Positions 26,552-35,095 of a stretch of 64,000 nucleotides of DNA are shown here, one piece after another (position 1 is the stretch's first letter; the number at the start of each line of letters is the position of its first letter). The notes below the pieces were generated by a model. It saw nothing but the letters and a program-made list of their open reading frames with translations, ran no database searches and was not told where the DNA came from. The stretch is from Acidobacteriota bacterium (GTDB taxonomy: Bacteria; Acidobacteriota; Vicinamibacteria; Vicinamibacterales; UBA2999): NCBI GenBank assembly GCA_040754955.1, contig JBFMCA010000002.1, positions 5,243-69,242 of the forward strand, written 5' to 3'. A program made the translations under genes and the position numbers.

Positions 26552-27857
26552 ACCGTCGGGAAATCCGCCCGTGCCATTCGGGCCGCACGATGATCGACCA
26601 GTCGCCGTGCCACGCGCGCCAGTGCTCGCCTTGCACGACGGCGCTCATGCGCTCGTGGTAACAACGCTGGCCCTCTGACCACGGCTCGTCCCCACGCAGG
26701 ACCCCGAGCATGTCTTCAACGGCGTCGCGCAGATCCTCGGGCGAGTTGTCCACCGGGGTGTAACGTCCGGGATCCCGGCCGGTGCGCAGGAAGTCGTCCG
26801 ACAACATCTCCCTGATGGCCAGGCGCCGTCCAGTGCCTCGGTCGACCACGAGCTTGGGCACAAACCGATCGCGTGCCCCTGCCGCACCGGCGCCAAACTG
26901 CACGAGGTTCACGGCTAGGCGGGGAAACCCGAAGAGCTCTGCCCAGTAGAACGGCCCGGAGTCCGACGCGATGAAGAAGTCCGAACGCTGCAAGCACCAG
27001 AACTCCACCCAGTCGTCGCGAAACGGGCTTGTCGCCAGATCGATCATCCCCTTCCGCGCAAACGGTGTCATCGATGGATCGCCGATTCGCACGACGGTGT
27101 AGCCGCGCGAGACCAGGAGATCCACCGCCAGCGCATAGTCCTCGATCCGCGCGTTCCGGGTGTCGTCGAACGAACGTTCGCGAAAGCCGTGCGTGCTGCG
27201 ATAGCCCGACTCCCTCACGTGGAGGGTGACGATACGCGTCGACGGATCGAGCCCGAGCAGGCTGGCGGTACGCTCGGTACGCCGCTCGATGTCGGACCGG
27301 AGCCTGACGACTTCGCGACCCGGCCCGTTTCTACGGGAGGCTTTCCGCTGGCGTTTCGCGGCCTCGCGGACGAGCGCGCGCCAGTCCTCGCTCACCCGCC
27401 GTGCGTACTGCGCGCGGGTGGCGGCCGCCCTCGTCATGTGGGGCGCAAGGAGCGCCTTGGCCGCCTGGCGACGCGGCTTCGGCCAGCGCCGTGCGCGGCG
27501 CACGACTACCGAGCCGACCGCGGTCAGCAGGCAAGCCCCCTGTCTGGCAAACCACGCGGCAGGCGCGCCACGGCGAAAGGGAGCGCTCACCGCCCAGAGC
27601 ACCGTGCGGAGCGCAGCTTCAGGCCCACGGGACGGCAGCACGCGAGCCCCATCGACGTCGATGTCGAACAAGGCCTTGTTCAGGGGCGCCGAAGGCCGAA
27701 CCAGGGCCACGGTCAGGTCGAACTGGCGCGCGACGTCGAGCGTCTCGGCGACGTTTCGAATGAGGTTGCCGAAGCCGACAACCTTGCCGAACGAACTCGC
27801 CTGCGGTTGGACGAGCAGCACTTCCCGCGAACCCCACCGCAGCCGAAGGTGGTCCAT
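26532..27857 (-). CDS. Putative glycosyltransferase, TIGR04372-like, copy 1
   Basis: Motifs IVTLHVRESGY, RNARIEDY, GYTVVRIGD, FFIASDSGP and DNSPEDL. TGATG overlap at 27855-27859. Confidence 0.75.
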   Translation of the reverse strand: MDHLRLRWGSREVLLVQPQASSFGKVVGFGNLIRNVAETLDVARQFDLTVALVRPSAPLNKALFDIDVDGARVLPSRGPEAALRTVLWAVSAPFRRGAPAAWFARQGACLLTAVGSVVVRRARRWPKPRRQAAKALLAPHMTRAAATRAQYARRVSEDWRALVREAAKRQRKASRRNGPGREVVRLRSDIERRTERTASLLGLDPSTRIVTLHVRESGYRSTHGFRERSFDDTRNARIEDYALAVDLLVSRGYTVVRIGDPSMTPFARKGMIDLATSPFRDDWVEFWCLQRSDFFIASDSGPFYWAELFGFPRLAVNLVQFGAGAAGARDRFVPKLVVDRGTGRRLAIREMLSDDFLRTGRDPGRYTPVDNSPEDLRDAVEDMLGVLRGDEPWSEGQRCYHERMSAVVQGEHWRAWHGDWSIIVRPEWHGRISRRFSDRYY

Positions 27858-29005
27858 CAGGCACGAGGCGCTATGCCCGCGAGCAGGCCGTGCTGCCTGA
27901 GCTCGCCGAGAGCCTTGTCGAAGAGGTCGGCGGAGCCCTCGGGATTGCGTTTGGTCCACTCGACGAGCTCGGCAATGCCGTCTTCGAACCGCACGGCCGG
28001 CTCGAACTCAAGGGTCTGGCGCGCCCGCGTGATGTCCGCGAAGATGTGGCGTACGTCGAAGGTCCTTCCCTGGTTGAGGATCTCCGGCTCGATGTCCTTG
28101 CCGAGCACACGCGCGAGCGTCCGCGCCACCTCCAGGATGCTGATCTGCGTGCCGGACGCAAGGTTCACTGGGAGGAAGTCCGCGCCCGGCGTCTCGAGCA
28201 TCAGGATGAGGCCGGCCACGATGTCGTGGATGGACACGAAATCGCGCAGTTGCCCCCCATCCTCGAACACGACCGGCGCCTTGTCGTTCAGGAGCCGGCT
28301 GAGAAAGATGGCCGCAACACCCGCATACGGGTTGCTCAGGCTCTGGCGCGGTCCGAAGACGTTGAAGAAACGCGGCGCCACGGCCGGAATGCCGTACGTC
28401 TTGCCGATGAGCAGCACCATCTCTTCCTGGTGGTACTTGGTCATCGAGTAGATGCTGTCGCGATAGAGCGGCTTGTCCTCGGCGGTCAACGCCGGACTCA
28501 GACTCCGGCCGCAGCGGGGACAGCGCGGCTCCCAGTCCTTCCGGGCGAGCTGCGGCTCCTCGCGTAGGCGCGGGGCTTGCGGGCCGCACGTCGAGCACGT
28601 GTAGGCGCCTTCGCCGAAGACGCCGACCGACGAGGCCACGATCACTTTCTGAACGTGGTGCTTCTCGTTGACCAGGATGTCGAGCAGCAGGCCCGTTGCG
28701 CCCGTGTTGACCGAGACGTACCGGTCGATCTGATACATGCTCTGGCCGATGCTCACCGCGGCAGCGAAGTGCACGACCGCGTCGGACTGGAGCGTGAGGG
28801 CGGCCAGTTGCTCGCGGTTGCGGACATCTCCACGCACGTAGGTTGCCTTCGGGTTCACGTAGCTGGGCCACGTCCCCGACCTGTGTACCTGCGGTTCCAG
28901 GCTGTCGAGCACGGTCACGGCATACTCCCGCCGGACGAGTGCGTCGACCAGATGGGAGCCAATGTACCCAGCCCCACCCGTCACTAACACGGAACGAATC
29001 GCCAT
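27857..29005 (-). CDS. NAD-dependent epimerase/dehydratase
   Basis: Motifs VTGGAGYIGS, YSMTK, RFFNVFGPRQ and GQLRDFV, with a CxxC..CxxC insert. Confidence 0.92.
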   Translation of the reverse strand: MAIRSVLVTGGAGYIGSHLVDALVRREYAVTVLDSLEPQVHRSGTWPSYVNPKATYVRGDVRNREQLAALTLQSDAVVHFAAAVSIGQSMYQIDRYVSVNTGATGLLLDILVNEKHHVQKVIVASSVGVFGEGAYTCSTCGPQAPRLREEPQLARKDWEPRCPRCGRSLSPALTAEDKPLYRDSIYSMTKYHQEEMVLLIGKTYGIPAVAPRFFNVFGPRQSLSNPYAGVAAIFLSRLLNDKAPVVFEDGGQLRDFVSIHDIVAGLILMLETPGADFLPVNLASGTQISILEVARTLARVLGKDIEPEILNQGRTFDVRHIFADITRARQTLEFEPAVRFEDGIAELVEWTKRNPEGSADLFDKALGELRQHGLLAGIAPRA

Positions 29006-30250
29006 TTACGTTGTCCTCTCCGGCTGATTGGCTGCGGTTGCGACCAGCGCCCCCAGGTCGAGCGTCTCTAGCGCGCGGATGTCCACGGTCATGAACGGCG
29101 CGGCCGACGCGCCCCGGTATGCCTGTCGCGCGAAGTACAGGTGTGGGTGCAGGAACTTGTCATCGGACATCACCGCCACCGTGGGTGTGCCCAGAAGTGG
29201 GGCAAGCCAGGTCAGGCTGCCACACGTGGCGACAAACGCCTTTGCCCCCGCGATGACGGCAGTCTGCACCTCGAGGTTGTCGTTGGGTCGCATCAGGTGC
29301 CGGACGCTCAGGACCTGGTGTGCGGTCTCGAACCGGTAGTCCTCGTGATCGTCGAAGACCAGCCCCGTGTCCAGCAGCACGACGGGCAGAAGCCTCGAGG
29401 CAGCGGCAATTAGGGCGCGCATGGCCGCGCGAGTGCCGGGCGTGTCGGGCATCGACGCGGCTGTGTAGAACTTCACCGCGATGTACGCGGGCGGCAGGTC
29501 CCGCATCCAGTCGGGTCGTGGCGCGGCTTGTCGCGCCGCGCGCGTGTACAGCTGGACGAACGACAGCGACTGCTGCCCGAGCCAGTACCGCTTGAACAGG
29601 CGGTACATGTGCGATGGGTGAAGGACGTCGTACTCATGGACGCCGGCCTGCCGCGCGGCGTACTCGACGAGCTCGCGATCCAGGGCCGACAGTCTCAACT
29701 GCTTGCGGCTGCCCTCGCCGTTCAACCGGCGTTCCTCGTTGCGGGCGGCCAGCGCGCCGGGTTCGATGTGGTCGAAAATCTCGACGTAGGTCGCCGCGAC
29801 GTCGCGGTACCAGCTCTTCACGCCGCCGCGCGACACGGCGACCACGCGTGCGGGATCAAGGCTGCACTCCGCCGCGACCCGGCGCAGGAACGGCACCCAG
29901 TAGAGGGCTTCGAACCCGACCTCCGAGAACCAGGGGCCGACGATCAGTGTCCGTCGGGTGCGTCCCAGGCGGCGGACTTCACGCAGCACGGCGGCTTCGG
30001 CCCGGCCGGCTTCCCGAATCTCACGCTGCCGCTCCATTCGCCGCCGGAGCCGGACCAGCGGCTTGTGGACGTTCTGCAGGCGACGCCACGTCGACACGGC
30101 CAGCGTGTAGGCGCGCCGCACACCGTTGCGGCACTGTTCACGGGTGACCTTCCAGCGCCGCTGGGCCTGCTTCTCCGCGCGCCGCGCCCACTTCCGCAGC
30201 CGGTTGCCCGAGCCGCGCGCCGCCTTGCTGAGCAGACGAACTATCATCAC
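29006..30250 (-). CDS. Uncharacterised GT-B/GT9-like protein (family 'GPW/AVKFY') with a basic N-terminal extension
   Basis: Motifs VGPWFSEVGFEALYWVPF, VSRGG..WY, LHPSHMY, IAVKFY, DDH and NLEVQTAVI. Confidence 0.7.
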   Translation of the reverse strand: MMIVRLLSKAARGSGNRLRKWARRAEKQAQRRWKVTREQCRNGVRRAYTLAVSTWRRLQNVHKPLVRLRRRMERQREIREAGRAEAAVLREVRRLGRTRRTLIVGPWFSEVGFEALYWVPFLRRVAAECSLDPARVVAVSRGGVKSWYRDVAATYVEIFDHIEPGALAARNEERRLNGEGSRKQLRLSALDRELVEYAARQAGVHEYDVLHPSHMYRLFKRYWLGQQSLSFVQLYTRAARQAAPRPDWMRDLPPAYIAVKFYTAASMPDTPGTRAAMRALIAAASRLLPVVLLDTGLVFDDHEDYRFETAHQVLSVRHLMRPNDNLEVQTAVIAGAKAFVATCGSLTWLAPLLGTPTVAVMSDDKFLHPHLYFARQAYRGASAAPFMTVDIRALETLDLGALVATAANQPERTT

Positions 30251-31278
30251 GCCAGCGCCTCCGCGACCCGGTCCGGATCGACCGCATCCAGCGAGACGGC
30301 GCCGTACGTGCGGCCGCCGAGCAGCGTGCAGGCGTGCCGGGCCATCGTGAGGTGCGATTGGTCGAAGCCCGTCCCGCTGGTATACACTCCCAACGCGGGG
30401 ACGTCGAAGAACGGCGCCAGGTACGAGAACCCGCCGTACGTCCCCACGAAGGCGCGTGCGTTGCCGAGGATGGCCGTCTGGACCTCGAGGTTGGAGCGTG
30501 CCTCGGCGCGTGCCAGCACCGAGAGGACGGCGACGCCATCAGCGCCGGCGTGATCGTCCATCGACTGGGCGGTCGCGAGCGACACCACCGGGAGCCGCCG
30601 CGACAGCGCCGCGGTCAGCCGCGCAGTGCCCTGACGCGTCTCCGGAGCACTGAAGAAGCAGTCGTTGGTGTAGAACTTCACGGCAATGTAGTGGCCCGGC
30701 GCGTACGGAAACCCCTGGGGCAGGGGCGGCGGCGGCACCGCTTCGAAGCGCGAGTGCCGCGCAACCCAGTCAACTCCGGCGTGCCGCCACCAGTAGGGCG
30801 CAAACAGGCGGTACATGAGCGACGGGTGCAACACGCCGGCGTCGGCGCAGCCGAGCCGCTCGCGGAGGCTGTCGAGAATCGACTCGTCGAAGTTGGTCGA
30901 ACGTACCTGCTTCTGCTCGCCGAGCGCGTCACGCCGCGCGGCGTTGCCCGAACGAAAGGCGTCGAGACCGACGACGTCCAGAACGTCGGCGTAGCGTGCG
31001 CCGATGCCCTGGTACCAGCTTGCCGGGCCTCCGCGCGACACAATCGTCACGCGCGCCGGGTCGATGCCGACCGCATCACGCGCCCAGCGAAGGAACGGTA
31101 TCCAGTACAGGATCTCGAATCCAACCTCCCCGAGCCAGGGGCCGGCCAGGATCGGTCGTTCTGAACGCGCGACGCGCTGAAGCTCCCCGAGTACCTTTGC
31201 CCGGACGACCTCCGCTCGCAGACGGCCCCAGGCGAGGCGCGCGGAAGCCGGCGCCAAGCGGCGCAGCAGCCGGCTCAT
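30247..31278 (-). CDS. Uncharacterised GT-B/GT9-like protein (family 'GPW/AVKFY')
   Basis: Motifs AGPWLGEVGFEILYWIPF, LHPSLMY, IAVKFY, DDH, NLEVQT and FVGTYGGFSYLAP. Confidence 0.7.
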   Translation of the reverse strand: MSRLLRRLAPASARLAWGRLRAEVVRAKVLGELQRVARSERPILAGPWLGEVGFEILYWIPFLRWARDAVGIDPARVTIVSRGGPASWYQGIGARYADVLDVVGLDAFRSGNAARRDALGEQKQVRSTNFDESILDSLRERLGCADAGVLHPSLMYRLFAPYWWRHAGVDWVARHSRFEAVPPPPLPQGFPYAPGHYIAVKFYTNDCFFSAPETRQGTARLTAALSRRLPVVSLATAQSMDDHAGADGVAVLSVLARAEARSNLEVQTAILGNARAFVGTYGGFSYLAPFFDVPALGVYTSGTGFDQSHLTMARHACTLLGGRTYGAVSLDAVDPDRVAEALA

Positions 31279-31979
31279 CCCGGTTGCGCGGAGCCCAACC
31301 GTCGCTCCGCCTCACACCAGTCCTCCATCGTGTCGATGGAGAGCGACTCGGCGGCCGGGATGATCAACGGACGGCAGTCGGTGCCGTAGATGCTGCCCGC
31401 CGCGATCGTCGTCCGCCAGAACGTATAGACGGTCCCATCCCGAACGTAGGCCTCGCGCGCGTCCTGGCGCCGCGTGACGCGGTGCGCGTCCGGGAGGAAG
31501 GTCACCAGCCGGCCGTCCTCCACCCGCATCACATAGTCCGGCGACAGGTGAAGCGGAAGCCTGACGACCGACACCACCGAGTCGGCGCCGGTCTCCCGCA
31601 GGAGGCGCACCGATTCGGCGATGTGCGCGCCGCGGCGAAGTGGTGAAGTCGGCTGCAGTAACACAATGACCTCAGGCATCCAGCCGCTGCGCGCCAGCTC
31701 GGCGAGCGCGTGCTCGATAACGGGCCGCATCGGCGTCGTATCCTCGGCCAGCGCGGGGGGACGGAGAAACGGGACCTCGATGTCCAGCCGCTCGCCGAGC
31801 GCCTTGATTTCCTCGGCGTCGGTGGACAGGACGAGACGATCGATCACGGCGGAGGCGCGGGCCGCATCACGCACGTACTCGAGCAGCGGCCGGCCGGCCA
31901 GGAGCCGGACGTTCTTGCGAGGTACGCCTTTGGACCCTCCCCGTGCGGGAACCAGGCCGAGGACGCCCTTGGGGGTCAT
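31275..31979 (-). CDS. neuA: CMP-ulosonate (acylneuraminate) cytidylyltransferase, copy 2
   Basis: Motifs VPARGGSKGVPRKN, LSTD, LLQPTSPLR, RRQD and SIDT. Confidence 0.92.
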   Translation of the reverse strand: MTPKGVLGLVPARGGSKGVPRKNVRLLAGRPLLEYVRDAARASAVIDRLVLSTDAEEIKALGERLDIEVPFLRPPALAEDTTPMRPVIEHALAELARSGWMPEVIVLLQPTSPLRRGAHIAESVRLLRETGADSVVSVVRLPLHLSPDYVMRVEDGRLVTFLPDAHRVTRRQDAREAYVRDGTVYTFWRTTIAAGSIYGTDCRPLIIPAAESLSIDTMEDWCEAERRLGSAQPG

Positions 31980-32920
31980 GATCGCGGCACGTTCTGCACG
32001 TAGCGGATCTCGCCCACGAGCCTCGCGACCTCGGCTGCGGCCGGCAGCGCCTCGGGTTCGGCCTCCCCCGGTACGCACACATACCCCACGTGCAGGTGAT
32101 CGGCCGCGAAGTCGACACGCGCGATCTGGAATCCCGCCCGACGCAGGTAGGTTTCCATCGTGAATGGCGTCAGGTAGTAGGGATGGTCAATCTTCACCGC
32201 TTCTTCCACGGACCAATTCCGCAGGTACGCGGCGCGAAAATCCACGATGTCGATGAACAGGACGCCGTGATCGGCGAGCAGCGCGCGCAGCGCTGCCAGC
32301 GATCCGGTGATGTCGAGCAGGTGATCGACGGTCTGGCACATCGCGATCACCTCGAAGCGCCCCTCGCCCCGATAGTCCTCGACGAAGCCGCTCACCGTCT
32401 CCAGTCCAAGCGCCCGGGCCTCGGCGATTTCTGCCGGGGCAGGATCGATCACGGTCCCGGTGAGTCCGAAGCGGGAACAGAAAGCGTACGCCACCACACC
32501 GGTCGACCCACCGACATCCAGCAGGCGCCCGCCGCGAAGGCGTTCGACGTACGGCGCGATCAGGTCGCTGCGTTCCGCCGCGTACGCTCGCTGCTCGGCC
32601 TGCACGGTGGTGGCGTCGATGAGGCGCCCGTGGTAGGCGCTCACCAGCGGCCGGTATACGCCCGCGTAGAAGGCGCCGTACGCCTCGGCCGTCATGACCG
32701 GATTGAGGAACACCAGCCCGCAGCGGCGGCACGCATGCGCCGTTGCGGCGTACCCGTAGCGATCCCGATGGGCGAGAACGATGAACACGGAGGCGCCACA
32801 CAGGTTGCACCGGTCGACGGCGCGCTTCGGCTGACTGTCGTACGCGTAGTCCAGCCCGGCGATTCGTCCGGCGCGTTCGCGCCGCAGCGTGTCTTGGTCA
32901 GTAGGTGAGACGCTTTTCAA
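31976..32920 (-). CDS. Class I SAM-dependent methyltransferase with N-terminal CxxC..CxxC
   Basis: Motifs CNLC..CRRCGL, LLDVGGSTG and FEVIAMCQTVDHL. Start uncertain. Confidence 0.85.
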   Translation of the reverse strand: MKSVSPTDQDTLRRERAGRIAGLDYAYDSQPKRAVDRCNLCGASVFIVLAHRDRYGYAATAHACRRCGLVFLNPVMTAEAYGAFYAGVYRPLVSAYHGRLIDATTVQAEQRAYAAERSDLIAPYVERLRGGRLLDVGGSTGVVAYAFCSRFGLTGTVIDPAPAEIAEARALGLETVSGFVEDYRGEGRFEVIAMCQTVDHLLDITGSLAALRALLADHGVLFIDIVDFRAAYLRNWSVEEAVKIDHPYYLTPFTMETYLRRAGFQIARVDFAADHLHVGYVCVPGEAEPEALPAAAEVARLVGEIRYVQNVPRS

Positions 32921-34052
32921 TGGTCAACTCCGCCGTTGCGAGCAGGTCGGCGATGCGTTCTCCCGCCCTGCCGTCGCCGTAAAGGACGTCAGGCTCGCAG
33001 GCGCCGTTGGCCAGATGCGTCCGGATCGCCTCGCGTATCTGCGCGCGATCGTAGCCGACGTCGATCACGTTGCGCCCGCGCTCGCGTCCGGCCTGCCGCG
33101 TGCCGATGTTCACGGCCGGGACCCCCAGGAAGGAGCACTCACGGATCGCGACGCTCGAGTTGCCCACGATGCAGCTGCAGTTCGTCAGCAGCTTCAGGAA
33201 GTCCTCCGGGAGCATGTTCCGGAACAGATGGATGTTCGCGTCGCGGTGCTGCTCGCGGAACATCCGAATGCCCTTGGACGTACCGTCGGAGCCCGCGTCG
33301 ACGTTCGGCCAGAACCACAACGTGGGGCGACCCGCATCGTGGACCGCGTGCAGGGTCTCCTCGATCTGCCGGCGGGCCTCGTCGTACTCGGTCGTGACCG
33401 GATGCTGCATGACCACGATGAAGCCCTTGGAGAGATCCACTCGCTCACCGACACCGCCGTACCGTTCGAACGGGTCGAAGTCGAGGGCCGGGTTCGCCCG
33501 GACCTTGGCGGCGAGATCGATTGATGGACAGCCGGTCAGGTGGACGTGGCGCGGATCCTCACCCAGTCGGATCACCCGCTGGCGCGACAGCTCGGTCGAC
33601 ACGAAATGGAGATCGGCGAGCTTCGTCACAGCATGGCGGACCTTCTCGTCGATCGAGCCGGTGACCTCGCCGCCCTGCACGTGCGCCACGGGGATGTTCA
33701 TGTACGACGCGGCCACGGCCGTCGCCAGCGTTTCGTACCGGTCCGCCACGGTGACGACCACGTCGGGCTGGTGATTGTCGAACACGGTCGCGAGCTCGAC
33801 GAGCCCGAGGCCGGTCGACTTCGCGGAGGTCACGAGGTTCTCCCCTTCCAGCACCATGTAGACGCGCGACTTCACCTCGAAGCCATCGTGCTCGATGCTC
33901 CGGACGGCGTGGCCGTAGCGTTCCAGAAGCGCCGAGGCCGCCACGACGAGGACCAGCTCGAGGTCGGGGTGGTTGTCGATGGCCCGGAGGGCGGTCTTGA
34001 TCCGCGCATAGCTGGGACGGGCGGTCACGAGCACACAGATCTTCCGCTTCAC
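32898..34052 (-). CDS. neuC: UDP-N-acetylglucosamine 2-epimerase, hydrolysing type, copy 1
   Basis: Motifs TARPSY, ADRYE, AHVQGGE, GSIDEKVRHAVTKLA, QHPVTTE, VGNSS and NIGTRQ. Confidence 0.92.
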   Translation of the reverse strand: MKRKICVLVTARPSYARIKTALRAIDNHPDLELVLVVAASALLERYGHAVRSIEHDGFEVKSRVYMVLEGENLVTSAKSTGLGLVELATVFDNHQPDVVVTVADRYETLATAVAASYMNIPVAHVQGGEVTGSIDEKVRHAVTKLADLHFVSTELSRQRVIRLGEDPRHVHLTGCPSIDLAAKVRANPALDFDPFERYGGVGERVDLSKGFIVVMQHPVTTEYDEARRQIEETLHAVHDAGRPTLWFWPNVDAGSDGTSKGIRMFREQHRDANIHLFRNMLPEDFLKLLTNCSCIVGNSSVAIRECSFLGVPAVNIGTRQAGRERGRNVIDVGYDRAQIREAIRTHLANGACEPDVLYGDGRAGERIADLLATAELTIEKRLTY

Positions 34053-35095
34053 GATTGCTGGTCTCCCTCGAGATCATCCTCCCGCAACTGCTCGTCGGCG
34101 TCGAGCCGGCGCCTGAGGCGCCGCCCGATGAGGCCGGCCAGCCGCGAGGCCGGCAAACCAGTGCCGGGCTTCTTCGCCGTCAGATGCGCGGCGGTCAGCG
34201 TCGTTCCCGCCTCGATCGGGATGCGAGCCACGATGCTCTTGTTGAACACCGCCCTGAGGGGGGCCATCTCCTCGGCGAGCGCATCCTTGTCCACCGGATT
34301 CGCCCGCATACGTTCGATGAACCGGACCCCCCGGACGAGCTCGGCGAGTTCCTCGATGGTCACCGAGGCGGGAACGTCAGGACCGAACTGCCGGCGGCTG
34401 AGGGCCACGTGAACTTCGACGACATCGGCCCCCAGCGTCGCCGCCGCCAGCCCCGGGAAGATGGTCGCGGAATGATCCGAGAGCCCACACAGGCAGCCGT
34501 AGCGATCGCGGAAAGCCGTCATCAGGTTCAGCCCGACCCGCTCGGGGGGGCAGGGATACGCCGTCGTGCACTGCATCACGGCGAGCGGCACCTGCCGCGC
34601 CTGCAGGCGATGCACGACCCTGTCCAGCTCGGCCATGCTGCTCATCCCTGACGACAGCAGGATCGGCTGTCTTGTCGCGGCGATTCGGTCCAGCATCGGA
34701 TCGTTCGACACCTCTCCCGAGCCGATCTTCCACATGTCCATGCCGACGCGCTCGAGCAGCTCGACCGCCTCAATCGAGAAGGGCGAGCTGAGGAAGACCA
34801 GGCGCTTCTCGCGGGCGTGCTCGGCCAGGCCCCGCCACTGGGCCTCGGTGAACTCCATCCGCTTCCAGTACTCGTACCGGCTCGCGTCCTGCAGACTGAA
34901 CTTCACGCGGAACGGCTCCGCGGGTGTGCTCTCGGCGTGGGCGATGTGCGTCTGAAACTTCACTGCATCCGCGCCGGTGTCCGCGACGGCGTCGATGAAG
35001 GCGTGCGCGAGCCCCAGCGAACCATCGTGCGTGAGCGCAACCTCCCCGATCACGAAACAGCGGCCGCCGCCGAGGGAGGGGGCGGAGACCGTCAT
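34049..35095 (-). CDS. neuB: NeuB-family nonulosonate synthase, conventional bacterial type
   Basis: Motifs GEVALTHDG, AVKFQTH, WKIGSGE, QCTTAYP and GLSDH, plus SAF domain KKPGTG. Confidence 0.92.
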   Translation of the reverse strand: MTVSAPSLGGGRCFVIGEVALTHDGSLGLAHAFIDAVADTGADAVKFQTHIAHAESTPAEPFRVKFSLQDASRYEYWKRMEFTEAQWRGLAEHAREKRLVFLSSPFSIEAVELLERVGMDMWKIGSGEVSNDPMLDRIAATRQPILLSSGMSSMAELDRVVHRLQARQVPLAVMQCTTAYPCPPERVGLNLMTAFRDRYGCLCGLSDHSATIFPGLAAATLGADVVEVHVALSRRQFGPDVPASVTIEELAELVRGVRFIERMRANPVDKDALAEEMAPLRAVFNKSIVARIPIEAGTTLTAAHLTAKKPGTGLPASRLAGLIGRRLRRRLDADEQLREDDLEGDQQS

